DNA from: Neocallimastix sp. 'constans'
Lineage: Eukaryota
Reading direction: 5' to 3'
Assembly: GCA_050613775.1 (NCBI GenBank)
Contig: JBODTK010000147.1
Location: 62,001-126,000 of the forward strand
Length of the DNA: 64,000 nt
In this document: one piece after another, positions 28,244 through 44,100 of the stretch
How the letters are laid out: every line of letters starts with the position of its first letter
Numbering within the stretch: position 1 is the stretch's first letter
Notes under the pieces: model-generated
What the model was told of the DNA's origin: nothing
The model's database searches: none
The model's input: the letters and a program-made list of their open reading frames with translations, nothing else
Program-made: the position numbers and the translations under genes

Positions 28244-29438
28244 GTTTAGATAATAAAATCTATAGTACTTCATATATACTTTAAATAATGATAAAAAAAA
28301 ATTTTTTTTTTTTTTTTATTCATTTTGTTAAGCTTTAATTACTTTATTTATATTTAATATCTTAATTAGAAAAATAAAAATTAGATAAAATAAAATTAAA
28401 ATTAAAACTAAAAATAAGAATATTAGATATAAAAATGAAATTTATAGCGGTTTATGGTTTATTAAAAAAAAAAAAAAAAAAAATAGTGAATTGTTGATCT
28501 CATAATTATATATAAAATTCTAATTATAACTAATTAAGTTAATTTTTATAATTTTTATTTCTTCCTTATTAAAACTATTTATATATTTTACTTTAATTAT
28601 TTAATTATTTTTATAATTATTATTATTTTAATAATTATATTATTTTATTTATGAATTATTTATATTATATTTTTATTTTTAAAAAGAAAGCATTTTTTAT
28701 TTTTCTTTTGATTTCATTAAAATTTAGTAGTTCTTTTTTTTTTTTTCCTAAATAAAAAAATATTAACAAATAATATTTTTCTTGGTTTTTTTTTTTTTTT
28801 TTTTTTATGTATTTCATTCTATTTATTTGTTTTTTGGTTTTTTTGGTTAATTTTTTTTTTTTTTTTTCTATTTTAGATTTCTCTTATCAAGCTATCAAAT
28901 AAATAAAGTTAATTAAAACTTTAAAAAAAAATTTTTTTTTTTTCATGATTCGTAGTTAAAATTTTTTTCTTTTTTTTTTTTTTAATTTTTTTTTGTTTTC
29001 TGTATTTCATTTTTAATTAAACTATGAACCATCCAAAAAAATAATTAAAAATATTTTTTTATCTTTTATTTATTTTTTAATTTTTTATTTTTTCTTTTTT
29101 AATTATAAACGGCTGAAAACTTATCCTAATTTTTTTTCTTTTTTTTTTTTTTTTTTTAATCAAAATATCAAATATAAAAAGGTTAAATTAAAGCTTAATT
29201 AAAGAAAAAAAAAAAATTTTTTTTCTTTTTTATTTTTCTTTGTTAAAAACATGAACCGTTTATAATATATTATAATATTTTTTTTTCTTTATAATTTCTT
29301 ACTAATAGTTTAAACTATCTGTTAAAAATTTTTTTTTTCCTTTTTCAGTAACTATAAAAGAATTTCATTTTAGGTTGAAATCATTGAAAGGGTTAGTATA
29401 ATTTCTTGACTAATTATTATATTTTATTAAATTTTTTT

Positions 29439-29710
29439 TGGGAGAGTTTGCATTTCCCCAAGTTGAATTTTGTCAGGTTGCATTTCGACAAGTGGCGTAT
29501 TGATATAAATAAATGAATAAATAAGTATTAATTTAAAATAATTTTCTTTAAAATTGTTTTTATTCAATATTAATAATATTAAAATTTTATTTATTTATTT
29601 ATTTATTTATTTAATAATTTTCAACTTGGCGAAATGCCACATAATTTTAATACGCCACATGCTTTCAAAAAAATTGGAGAAATGCAATTTGGCGAAATGC
29701 ACTACTCCCA
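29439..29710. mobile_element. MITE-like element with imperfect terminal inverted repeats
   Basis: Left end TGGGAGAGTTTGCATTTCCCCAAGTTG..GCATTTCGACAAGTGGCGTATT; right end AATACGCCACATG..AATTTGGCGAAATGCACTACTCCCA; AT-rich non-coding centre. Confidence 0.7.
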
Positions 29711-29719
29711 TTTTTTTTT

Positions 29720-30105
29720 TTTTATTTCTTACTAAATTGTGAAAACCCTACTGAAGCAGATTATAATATTCCTTTAATGCATATACCATATACAATACTT
29801 TGGAAGGAACAAATAAGAAACAATAAATAAGTCACTTTATTATAATAAAAATAATAATAATAAATTTATTGGATATTTAGATTCCGGTTTTTTTTTTTTT
29901 TTTTAACTAGTAATAAAAAAAAAAAGACATGAAAGATCAACCAGTGGTTTTTATATATTCTTATTAGGTGATAATCCAATCTATTGGAAATCACAACCCG
30001 CATAAGAATGTAAAACCTTTTCCACTACGGAAGCATAATTTTGTTAGTCTGACCGAATGTGTCCAACAAGGACTTATGGTTTAAAAGTTTGTTTAAAGAA
30101 AAGGA
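29720..30105 (+). pseudogene. Copia RT-end/RNase H fragment
   Basis: Remnants CENPTEADYN, IGY..DS, ERSTSG, LLGDNPIYWKSQ, STTEA*FVSLTECVQQG, WFKSLFKE, broken by frameshifts. Confidence 0.8.
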
Positions 30106-30939
30106 CATAAATATAGAATAAGAATAAGAATAATATTCTTATCGACGAAATAATATAGAATAGAATAATGAGTAGGAACTCTATCGATTTTAGTAGTACT
30201 TTTTGTTAATTCCTTTTTTTTTTTTTTTAAATTAGTATTGACAAAAGTAATGATTTAATTACCAACTGATCTATCTAAAATAATTATATATATCGTTGGA
30301 TAAAATAATAATAATAAATAAAATAAAATAAAATAAAAATAAATAAAATTTAAAAATGTCAATATCATCACATATAAAAATGTATATATATATAAAGTTT
30401 TTTATGATGATAGAAAAAAAGGAGTGTACATGAAATGAAGAAGGATGAAATAAATAAAATTAATTATTTATTTAAAGATATACCCCAATGATGTGGACTG
30501 CTTTTCCAGGTCCATGGAGGGTTGATGGAAAAGGAATAGCCTATATCAGGCGTACTAATTACAGCTTTCAGTGATTCTGATGATAATCAATGAGTTATCC
30601 TTTCTAAAGTGACTTCTAGTATGAAGAGAAAAAATTGGAATACTGGAAGACTGTAGAAAGTGAACCTGATGTTTTATATTATTTTAAACTGGATATGTAG
30701 TAACATTGAAAATGTATAATTAATAATATAAGGTAATTTCTACGTATTATCATTGTAATGAATCTATTGTATTTTTTAACTTTAACATTTATTTTGTATA
30801 TGTATTTTTCTATAGTATTATTTAAACTCTCATGTAGCTATTGTAAAATGGAAATGTAGGAGATTGATTCACTCCAAAGCTTGTGTTTAAGACATTATTT
30901 AATGGATGGGAATCTTTTTATCGTCTTTCACTACTAATA

Positions 30940-30971
<32 letters not shown>

Positions 30972-31113
30972 CATTTAGCTAATTTATGATTATTCAATAG
31001 AAAATTTTTTTTTACATTTTAAAGAGCTTTATTAATTAAAAGAATAACTATCATTCAAAAGATAAAAAGAAACGATTATTCATTTTAACAGTATATACAA
31101 AGTAGTTTTGTAT

Positions 31114-31508
31114 GGGTACTTCACAATGTGGCGTGTTTTCGTATGCGGCTTGATTTTTTAATAACTAAATAAATAATAATTAAATATATAATATTAAATA
31201 AATACTAATTAAATAAATAATAATAAAATAAATAATAATCAAATAAATAATAAATATTCTTTTTTTATATATGTATAATTTATTAATATTCAATTGTAAA
31301 AATAATTTTTTATAATTCTTTTTTAATAAAATATATTATTATTATATTATTACTTTTGAAATAGTTATTTAATAATATTTAATTGAAAAATATATTATTA
31401 TTTATTTATATATATATTTATTAATGATTGTATAGAATATCTTAAAAATGTATGGCTTTATTTTAAAATTTTATACGCCACCCACATTGAGAAATGCACA
31501 ATTGCGAT
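31114..31508 (-). mobile_element. Dispersed non-autonomous repeat (MITE-like), copy 2
   Basis: Reverse-complement match to 7295-7638; ends CACAATGTGGCGT / ACGCCACCCACATTGAG are inverted-repeat-like. Confidence 0.65.
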
Positions 31509-31756
31509 TAATTGTATCAATAACTTTCTAACCCTTGTGAAAAATTATAAATATTATAGCAGCAATGCCGGATAAAATCAATTATTTACAAATCATCAAG
31601 AACGATATATTTCAATCCTTCATATAGTCATCACTAACAATTTTTTTTATAGTATTTAAAGGGAGTTTACTTTACTTTCTCTTTTATTTTTTATTTTTAT
31701 TTTTATTTTATTATATATTTTTTTAAAAAAAAAAAAAAAAAAAAAATTTTTATCTA

Positions 31757-31794
<38 letters not shown>

Positions 31795-31795
<1 letters not shown>

Positions 31796-32065
31796 GTTAA
31801 ATATAACACTTGAATTCAGAAATGATATTTATATTTTATTATGTGTTTATTTATTTATTTATTTATTTATTGCTTTTACATTTAGAAAGACCTTATTCAT
31901 TTAAGAATATGTTATTATATGTTATTTATATTTATTTTCTAGTCTAACATTATTGGTAACATTTAACGTTACACTGCATTATATTATCGAATAAAAAAAT
32001 ATTTTACACTTAATAATGTAGTATAATGTACAATGTAATTAAACACATAACTGTGATATTTAACA
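31795..32065 (-). repeat. 3' LTR of the Copia element (271 bp)
   Basis: Direct repeat of 37493-37730 with a few substitutions and ~33 extra nt. Confidence 0.95.
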
Positions 32066-35000
32066 TTCCCCCTACATTGGCATTTTCTACATTTCCATGA
32101 TGAAGTCCTGCGAAGTATTTAAGCTTGGGTCCAGAAATACTTTTGGTTAATGGATCTGCCATCATTGAGTTAGAACCAATGAGTGTTAATTTAATTTCAT
32201 TTTTCATAATTTCATCTTGAACATATTTGTATTTTATATCCATATATTTGCATCGTCCCTTTTGGTTTTCATTTTCAGCTATATCCTTACATGGTTTATT
32301 ATCTATTCTAATATTAATTCTAATGTTTTTTGTTAAATATTTCATTAACTAATTTTCTTATCCATATAGCTTGTTTGGTACATTCTATTAAGCTTGAGTA
32401 TTCGACTTCTGTGGTTGATAAGGCTATATTTTTCTGTGTAATTGATTTCAATGATATTGGGCTATTTCCTTAATACAAAAATATATCCTGAAGTGGATCT
32501 TCTTTTAACCTCATCACCAGCGAAATCTGCATCACAATAAGCTCTTAAAATTTTCTTTCCGTTATATAATGAAGTGAATAGTCCTTGGTACTTTTAAGAT
32601 ATTTTAGTATTTGTATACCTGCGTTCAAATCAGCTTTTGTTTGGATTCTCAGAAAATCTTGCAGCTTGATTTATTGCAAATGCTATGTCAGGTCTTTTGT
32701 TTTTTGTTGATACATATAATAGAGAATCCAATTAATCTTTTATAATCAGTTTTGTTAATTTTCTCAGAGTTTTCTCTATCTTCTAATTTTGCATTAATAC
32801 ATGGTATTCTAGTTATTTTAGTATTGTTTATGTTGTAGTTAGTTAACATTTTTTCAATATAATCCTTTTGATTAATTTTGTAGCCTTTATTTGTTTTTAA
32901 CTATATTGATTCCAATAATTTTGTTTGCTGATTTATCTGTGGAGACTTTGTATTTACGTTTTATCTTTGAAACAACTTTGGTAATTTCTTTATTCTCTCC
33001 TGCAATTAGTATATCATCAACATAAAGTGTTAGTAATAAGCATAATTTATTATTTTTATATTTACCAAATAAACAACTATCTGTATTATATTGAATTAAC
33101 CCAATTTTCTTAAGAAAACCGGAGATTTCGTAAAACTATTGTCTTCCAGCTTGTTTGAGTCCATAGAGAGCCTTTCGTAATAATCCTGATTTTCCGCAAT
33201 TGAAATTTTTATCACCGATTGGAATTTGTACATAAATTTTCTCATCTAATTTAGCATTCAAATATGCAGCTTTAATATTAATTTGTCTTAAATCCCATTT
33301 ATATATAGATGCGATAGCAATAGTTAATCTAAAACTATGCCATTTCTATTGAAGGAGAATAGGTGCAGTTATAATCAACTCCTTTAATTTGTCGAAAACC
33401 TTTGACGACCAATCTAGCTTTATATATACCATTATTTTTTATAGTAAAAACCCATTTAACGTCGAGTGGCTTAATGCCTTTTGGGATATTTTTATTTTCA
33501 ACAATTTTCATTACATTATTTCCATATAAATTTTGTAATTCTTTGTTAATTGCGTCTTTCCATTTGTCCGCATTTTCTGAATTCATAGCTTCTTCATAAT
33601 TCTTGGGAATTAATGTATTTAATATTATTGACTCTATTTCTCTTACGTCTTTTCGTTTTCATCTGAGTCTATTTTCCTTTCAAAAAAAATGGTTTATTTG
33701 ATGTAGATACTCTATCTTTTATTTTTCTTTCTTCATTCGATTGATAATTTTTTCTTTTTTCTTTTTCGATAGTTTTTTTGTTTTCTCGTTATCAATTTTA
33801 TCATTTTTGTTTACTAGTTTATCGAAAATTTTATTATTTCTTTTAATATTAAATTTAAAGTTCTTTTTCTTTGTTCTTTCTTAGTTTTCTTTTACCTAAA
33901 GGTTCCAGATCACTAAAACTGTCCTCAGATTCATTCTCTGAATTATAGTGCTATTCCAGAAGATTTAGCTATAAAATCAAATATCTTGAGTTGTGAACCT
34001 AATTGGGAAGAAACAACTTCACATCTAATTAAAGTTTCTCAACAATTAAAGAGCATACAAGAAGTCATTCATTTTATTATTATCATATATATTTTATTAT
34101 TTTCCAAATTTGATTTTTCATTCATCTTCATATTAGCCAGATTTTTATGATTGCTTTCAATTCTATTCTCAATAAGTTTCTGGTCTAAAATTTCATAATT
34201 ATTAAGGTTTGATTTAGATAAATTTTTATAATTATTAAGATTTGAAAATTTTAATTTATTCTTAAATTTGAAAATTTTGAAATTTTTTATTCAAATTTTT
34301 ATTAATAAAACTTATTTTTTCACATTTTTGTTCAAAAAAAATCATTTTTTGTGATTTTTATACCCTTTATGTTATTATCGTTATTTCTATTAATAATAGT
34401 ATTATTTTCATTACTTTTACTATTGTCATGTAGGGTTTTGGCATGATTTTCGTTTGATGAAATTTTTATATTATCTTCAATATTTGAATTTTTGAGTATT
34501 TCCTCTTGTTTTTCAGCTAATTTTTGATTTTCATTAATTTTATCTTCATTGATTTTATCATCATTAATTTTATCTTCATTAATTTTATTTTTATTAATTA
34601 TGTCTTTATTAATTATGTCTTCATTAATTTTGTTTTCATTAATTATTTCGTTTTCTGAATTATTATCCAACATGTTTTCATTATTGTATTCATCCATTAA
34701 ATCAATATTATCTTCAATATTAATTTTATTCGGTTTGTTTTCATTCATTTCAAATTCATTATGATAAATAGATTGACTAAATTGAGGTTGTGAATCATGT
34801 TGTGAGTCCAGTTCCCACCTCAATTTGTTTATCTGAAGGATTTGAGGAATGAAAAAATGATATGCCAAGTGAACCTAGAGTACTTTCATTGAAGTATGCG
34901 TCACGAACTATAATTATTGTTTTTTGAAGTAATGTCGAGGACACGATAACCTGGAGAGAATCTGATGAGTATCCTAAGAAAATACCTGGTTTTGTATTAT

Positions 35001-37478
35001 TTTCAAATTTTCCTTGTTTGTATCTATTAAGGAAAAATACTTTATACATCCAAACACTTTAAGTTTAGATATATCAATTTTCTTATTAAAAAAATAACCT
35101 CGTTCGGGATTTTAAAATTAATTCCTTGATGCGGATTTAAATTATACAATATACATGCATATTTAATAGCTTCATCCCATAAAATAGGTGATAATTTAGC
35201 TGCACTAAGTAATGTTTTTCGCGCAGTTATCTAATGTCTGATTTAATTCTTTCAGCGCGACCATTTTGTTGGGGATTACCTGGTGTTGAATGATTAAATA
35301 TAATTCCATTATTTTTTTAAGATAATTTATAAAATTAGAATTGTTATATTCTAAACCGTTATCAGATCTTACTTCTTTTATATTGTAATTACAAGTATTT
35401 TTCTTAAGTTTATGAAACTCAATAAAATTTTTGTACTGCTTCAGATTTGTGTTTCAGTAAGTAGACCCAACATTTTCTACTGAAGTCATCTATGAATGTT
35501 ATATAATATTTGTATCCACTAAATGATGGTGAAGACTTTAGTGGTCCTACGATATCAGAATGAACGACTTGTAATGGTGAGGAACTTTTGTTGATTGTTT
35601 TGTTGAATGGTTTTTTTCTTGAGTTTACTTATTTTGCAATCTTCACAATTTATATTATCATTCTTTTCTTCCTTAATGTTGTTGTTTTCTAGAAATTTTT
35701 GAAGATTTTGATTGTAATAGTGGCCTAATAAAGCATGCCATAATTTTAAATCGACATTGTTTATATTATAATCTTTACTTTTCATTGAGCTTTATTTAAA
35801 GGTAAAGAGGTTTTCATCATTTGTATAAACGGTAGTAATTAGTTTATTATTTTTAAATATTTGGAGTCTTTCTTTATTGTTATGCATATCCATTACTAAT
35901 TTGAAGCCTTTTTTTTACATAGGTAATGAGTGGAAATTAAATTATTTTGTAATGTTGGAGCATAAAATACTTCTCCAATAGAAAAATTATTATTTTTATA
36001 CATTCCTTTGTACATACCCTTTTTGTATATTCTATCGGATTGTCCGTTTGGGTATGTAATTCCTCTATTAGCAACTTCTTCAATGTTTGATAGTATTTTT
36101 ATATTCTTAGATAAATTAATCCCTGTTCCATTATCAATGATCCATGATTTTATATATTGTTATCTTCCATAATATTATTTTCTTCTTTTTAAGATTTCGG
36201 TAGTTATACTTTATTTACCCTTATGTTCCTGGAAGTTATTGAATTGTTATTAAAATTATCTTTTACAATATTAGTTTTTATATTGAAGCAGAAGTCGAAT
36301 GAAGGATTTGAATCTGAATTCGAATTGTTTTGTTCTTTATAATTAACGTTATAAGATTTGAAGTTTCTTTTTTACTACCTTTCCTGTTTTAAAGATGTTC
36401 TTTTAATTTTTTAATTTTGTTTCTTGACTTATTATTAATATTTTTCTTTTCTCCTCTATAGTTATTATTTGGTGAATTCGATGGGTTGAAGAAACAGTTA
36501 TCAGTAGTGTGCCCATTTTTATGGCAATATTGACAGTATTTCGTTGGAATTTGCTTCTTTATTAAAATTATATGGGAGTTTCCCATTTTCGGACTCTATT
36601 AATTTGATCTTCGTGTTGATATATTTCCTTGATTTCTACTCTCGTTTAATACTTTTACTTTTCTTAATTATGGTACTTAGTTTTGTTATGTCTTCTTTTA
36701 AATCCTTAAATGTCTTTTCAACATATATAGAAATGTGAATGAATATGCAATGCCGACTTTATTTTAGTTCCTCTAAAGAATACAAGACTTTTGTTTCTTC
36801 ACTTAGTTCTGGCTTATTTTGAGATTTTGCCTCGTTATTGTATTCTGTAAATAATGAGTTAAGATTATCTAAATACAGTTTAAAGTCATCGTTTTTCGAT
36901 TTCTAGCTTTTTTTTTATCTTCATTTCAATTTCAAATAATCTTGAAGGGCCTGTTTCTGAAAATCTTTCCTTTAATTCCTTTATCATTAAGTAGGCACTT
37001 GTACAATTATTTAATAAGCTTTTTTGTATATTCGTCGAGGCTGTTCAATATTATAATTCTGACTGTACTGTCCTATTTTAAATGTTTTTTTTTATTTGTG
37101 TTTATATCTTTAATATTTTTTGATATATAATCACCCAATTCTTCAGAATCAAGGAATAATTTTAAGTCTGAATACCATTTGTGAAAGTTTTCATTTGTAA
37201 TTCTAAAGTTTTGAATGTGAAATTTATTAATTGTGTTGGTTTGAGTATTTGGAGGTTCTACTTCGACAAGAGTATCATTCATTGTTGTACTAGATGTATT
37301 TGTAGTCTTTGTTGCCCTTGAAGAAGTTTTTGAAGAACTCCCCGTAGCTGTTGAATTATCTGATTTAGTCATTTTAATGTGACTGCTAATATTTCTTTAT
37401 TTTAATATCTAATGAATGTTTAATATTTTAATATATTGGATTTTGATATCACCAATTGTTAATGAATTATTGAGTCAT

Positions 37479-37492
37479 TGAGACTCTTAATC
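37479..37492 (-). promoter_or_regulatory. Primer-binding site GATTAAGAGTCTCA, complementary to the tRNA-Lys(CUU) anticodon arm
   Basis: Abuts the 5' LTR. The same 14-mer abuts the 5' LTRs of the two other elements (40896-40909 and 41390-41403). GACTCTTAATC is the conserved eukaryotic tRNA-Lys(CUU) anticodon stem-loop core. Confidence 0.8.
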
Positions 37493-37730
37493 TGTTAAAT
37501 ATAACACTTAAATTCAGAAATGATATTTATATTTTATTATGTGTTTATTTATTTATTTATTTATTGCTTTTACATTTAGAAAGACCTCATTCATTTAAGA
37601 ATATGTTATTATATATTATTGGTAACATTTAACGTTACACTGCATTATATTATCAAATAAAAAATATTTTACACTTAATAATGTAATATAATGTACAATG
37701 TAATTAAACACATAACTGTGATATTTAACA
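37493..37730 (-). repeat. 5' LTR of the Copia element (238 bp)
   Basis: TG...CA ends, adjacent PBS, repeat of 31795-32065. Confidence 0.95.
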
Positions 37731-37914
37731 ATTATTATTATTATTATATACTTTTTTTATTTTATTCTATTTTTTTTTTTTTTTTTTTTTTGTTTTTTTT
37801 AGGCTTTCTTGTAATGGTTAATACTTCTACAAATTCAACAACAATACCTGTTTTGCGGCGAGGCTTTCGAAGATTCGATATTCAGAATAATGATTTCATT
37901 CTTATCTTTAATTC

Positions 37915-41163
<3,249 letters not shown>

Positions 41164-41169
<6 letters not shown>

Positions 41170-44100
41170 AATATATGAGCTTATCTATTAAATGAATCTA
41201 GAATAATGATAATACAAGTTATTAATATAAACATAATATAATGTAATTAATTAAAGGTATTTTAAAACAAGCCAACATCTTTAGTATAAATACATGTAAA
41301 TTTCATTATGTTGAATGTTGACTAATTACATTACCTATTTATATATACTTATAAATAACCATATGAATAAAACTTCATATTCAATAATAGATTAAGAGTC
41401 TCACCGGACTCTCAGTGACTCTTAAGAGGATTCTCTGAAAGATGAAAACCAAAAGCCGGACACATAAAATATGATTATCAAGAAGAAAGTTGTTTAGAAT
41501 TGAAGAATGCCGAATACTCGATCCCCCTCCCCCATATCCATAACCGTGTGAAAAATCAAATCTTTAGAAAATCTGAAAATCGAGATATTGAAATCTCAAA
41601 AATTTTGAAATTCAATAAAATATTTTTTTAACCTCCAACCAATATTTAAGAATTACTTAAGGAAATACTAAAGCTCTATTTACTCTTCAAGAAATAAGTT
41701 AAGATTACCCAAAGCGAAGGATGAAAAAAAAAAGTACACCAGGAACCAGGATGTATTGAAAGTTTTAAACTACGTCTATTCGTCAGATGAAATTCCATGT
41801 TACCACCAATGTATGAAGGATATTTTTGAATTTGCAAAAGATTTTTCTGAAAAAAAAAAAAAAAAAAGATTAAAGATGATGTTTGGTGTGGATAATATAA
41901 ATAAACTTTTTTTTTTTTTTAAGTAAAATGAAAAAAAAAAAAAAAAAAAAAAAACTAATTCGTAACTTACATTTAAATCAGGTCTATCGACACAATGCCT
42001 AGAAGATGGAATAATTTAAAAAGAGATGATCCATATACGCTCAAAATTTAGTCTTTGTATGATTCAATGGACTGGTTTCGAGAACAACAAGAGCTAATAG
42101 ATGAAATATAATAATTATAAAAAAAAAAAAAAAAAAAAGTATCTTTTAAGCATGAACTTTATATTAATGATGAACCAACTAATTGAAAAATACCATAAAA
42201 TTGTAATAAATTTTAATTCTATTAGAACTAAAAGATAAAAAATAAAGAGTATTGGAGTATTATCGAAAAATGAGGGGAAAAAAAAAAAAAAAAAAACTAA
42301 AACACCCTATTATACAGAATTTCGTATGTGTAATGATTATGAAAAACCTCAAGATATTTATCAACACCACAATAGAGGAAAAGTTGCCACTGACATATTC
42401 AATGCAATGAAAGGATGTTGTAAACCTGAAATGCTTTATTGTTACCTAAAAGGACAACTAAAATACCGAGTTGCTAAATACAAATTTCGAAGTTAATACT
42501 TCTAGCTAGTAACACAAATACAAATTGATATTTCAAATAGCCTTAATACCGTTGATATTGAAGACTTGTAACTGTTGATTCTGATAAGAAAAGAACCAAA
42601 ATATTTTTTTTTCTACTTTAAATGAATTAACATATATATCAAATCGCAATAAACAATAATATAAGACAACACACCAACACCAGAAATAAAAAAAAAATAA
42701 ACTTATAACTCTCATAGTTGAATGTCTTAATTCTATTCGTATAAATTATTGGAGAACCAATCACTATTTCTAGTGGGTATCGTAATCAAGAAGTAAGTAA
42801 AACAAAGCAATAAATTCAACAAATAAAAAAAAAATAATAATAATAATAATAATAGTCAACACACGAAAAGTGAAGCCGCGGATCTTCAACCATGTAGTGG
42901 TACTGAACATCCAAAAATTTGGAGGAAAAAAAAAAAAATTTTTTTTTTTTTTTTTTTAGTATTATACAATGCTATAATTAAAATTCAAAGAATATGATTA
43001 ATTTATTATTAAAAAAATTGTTTATGGGCACACGTCCGTGACAAAAAATCCCAAAAAAAATAATCGTCACGAAAACTTCGTTACTACGATGGTAAAAAAT
43101 CACGGAAAATAACCAAATATCCAATTATTACTGATGAAGTTCAAGATTACATTAATATAGGTAAAGATAAGCAAGGACTGGCCAATGAAAGCCAGTATTT
43201 CTAATAATTCAGACCCTAATGAAGATTGATACTTGTAATTACGAATCCTATCGACACAGAAATAAATGATAAATCCGATCGGGATGACAATAAAGAAATT
43301 CTTTGATAATAAACCTCAACTCAAGTGCTGCTAACAAAATAAAATATACTTCTTTCCTAAAATACTTTCAGAATATTTATAGTATTCATGATTTGGGAAT
43401 TACATAGTTATATTTTAGAATTTTCAATATTTATAAAAATATAAAGAGTTACTCCTTATGTCACTATATAAAATATCCATTTAAATTACCATAGATTTCA
43501 TTCCATAATCAAAACTATAAATACTTGTGGCCAGAGAAAAGAAAAGAAAACATAGAATATGTAAATATCATATATTAAAAATATGCAATAATATGTATTC
43601 TACTTAAAAAGAGGTTAATCACAAACGCACATATCAAAACCACTTATATTCCAAAATAGTACTAGAATATACAACCAACAATTAATTTATAATTAACTTA
43701 GAATTAATATATAATAAATTACTTATATAAATGAAAGAAATTATAGTTAACTTGTGGTTAATTATTCTCCCAAAATATTTGCACAAATATAGAGTATATT
43801 ATTAAAAAGTAAAAAATATATAATTTAATTTTTATCCGAATATCATGGTATAGCTTAGCATGAAATGAATATTTACCATGGATACTACTAATTTTAGGTG
43901 ATGGTGTAATGCCTTCACATAATCGTAAGGATTCCCATCCACAATGGTATAACACTTTTCTTTGAAAAAAGGTTCCATTGTTATTATGATGACATTGATT
44001 CATCATGTATTATTACAAATCAACCTTCAAAAAATGTTAAGACGACTTATTTATTAACGATGAGATTATTGGACTCTTCCTTATCACCACTTAAACAAAT

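Larger units (their letters stand above)
31795..37730 (-). mobile_element. Full-length Ty1/Copia LTR retrotransposon with frameshifted gag-pol
   Basis: LTRs 37493-37730 (5') and 31795-32065 (3'), both TGTTAAATAT...ATATTTAACA; ATTAT on both flanks; PBS 37479-37492; polypurine tract AGGGGGAA next to the 3' LTR. Gag ATG at 37372; zinc knuckle CQYCHKNGHTTDNC; protease WIIDNG; LWHALLGH; integrase DIVGP, RSDNGLEY, PQQNGRAE; RT KARLVVKGF, LYGLKQAGR, LYVDDIL; RNase H YCDADFAGD, STTEVEY, ADPLTK. Confidence 0.97.

Noticed and set aside
27650..29400. Possible foldback element with scattered CGGTT(T/C)A / TGAACCG-like inverted motifs
   Set aside because: The motifs are too short and degenerate to define termini in such AT-rich DNA.
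30480..30930. Possible Gypsy-like integrase remnant
   Set aside because: Composition looks coding, but I could not read any diagnostic motif with confidence.
37479..37492. tRNA-Lys gene
   Set aside because: Only the 14-nt anticodon-arm match is present, with no D/T arms or acceptor stem, so it is a PBS rather than a tRNA gene.
42793..42855. Possible intron (GTAAGT...TAG) within the M15 remnant
   Set aside because: Splicing it puts the SQH..D motif out of frame and hits a stop; decay by low-complexity expansion fits better.
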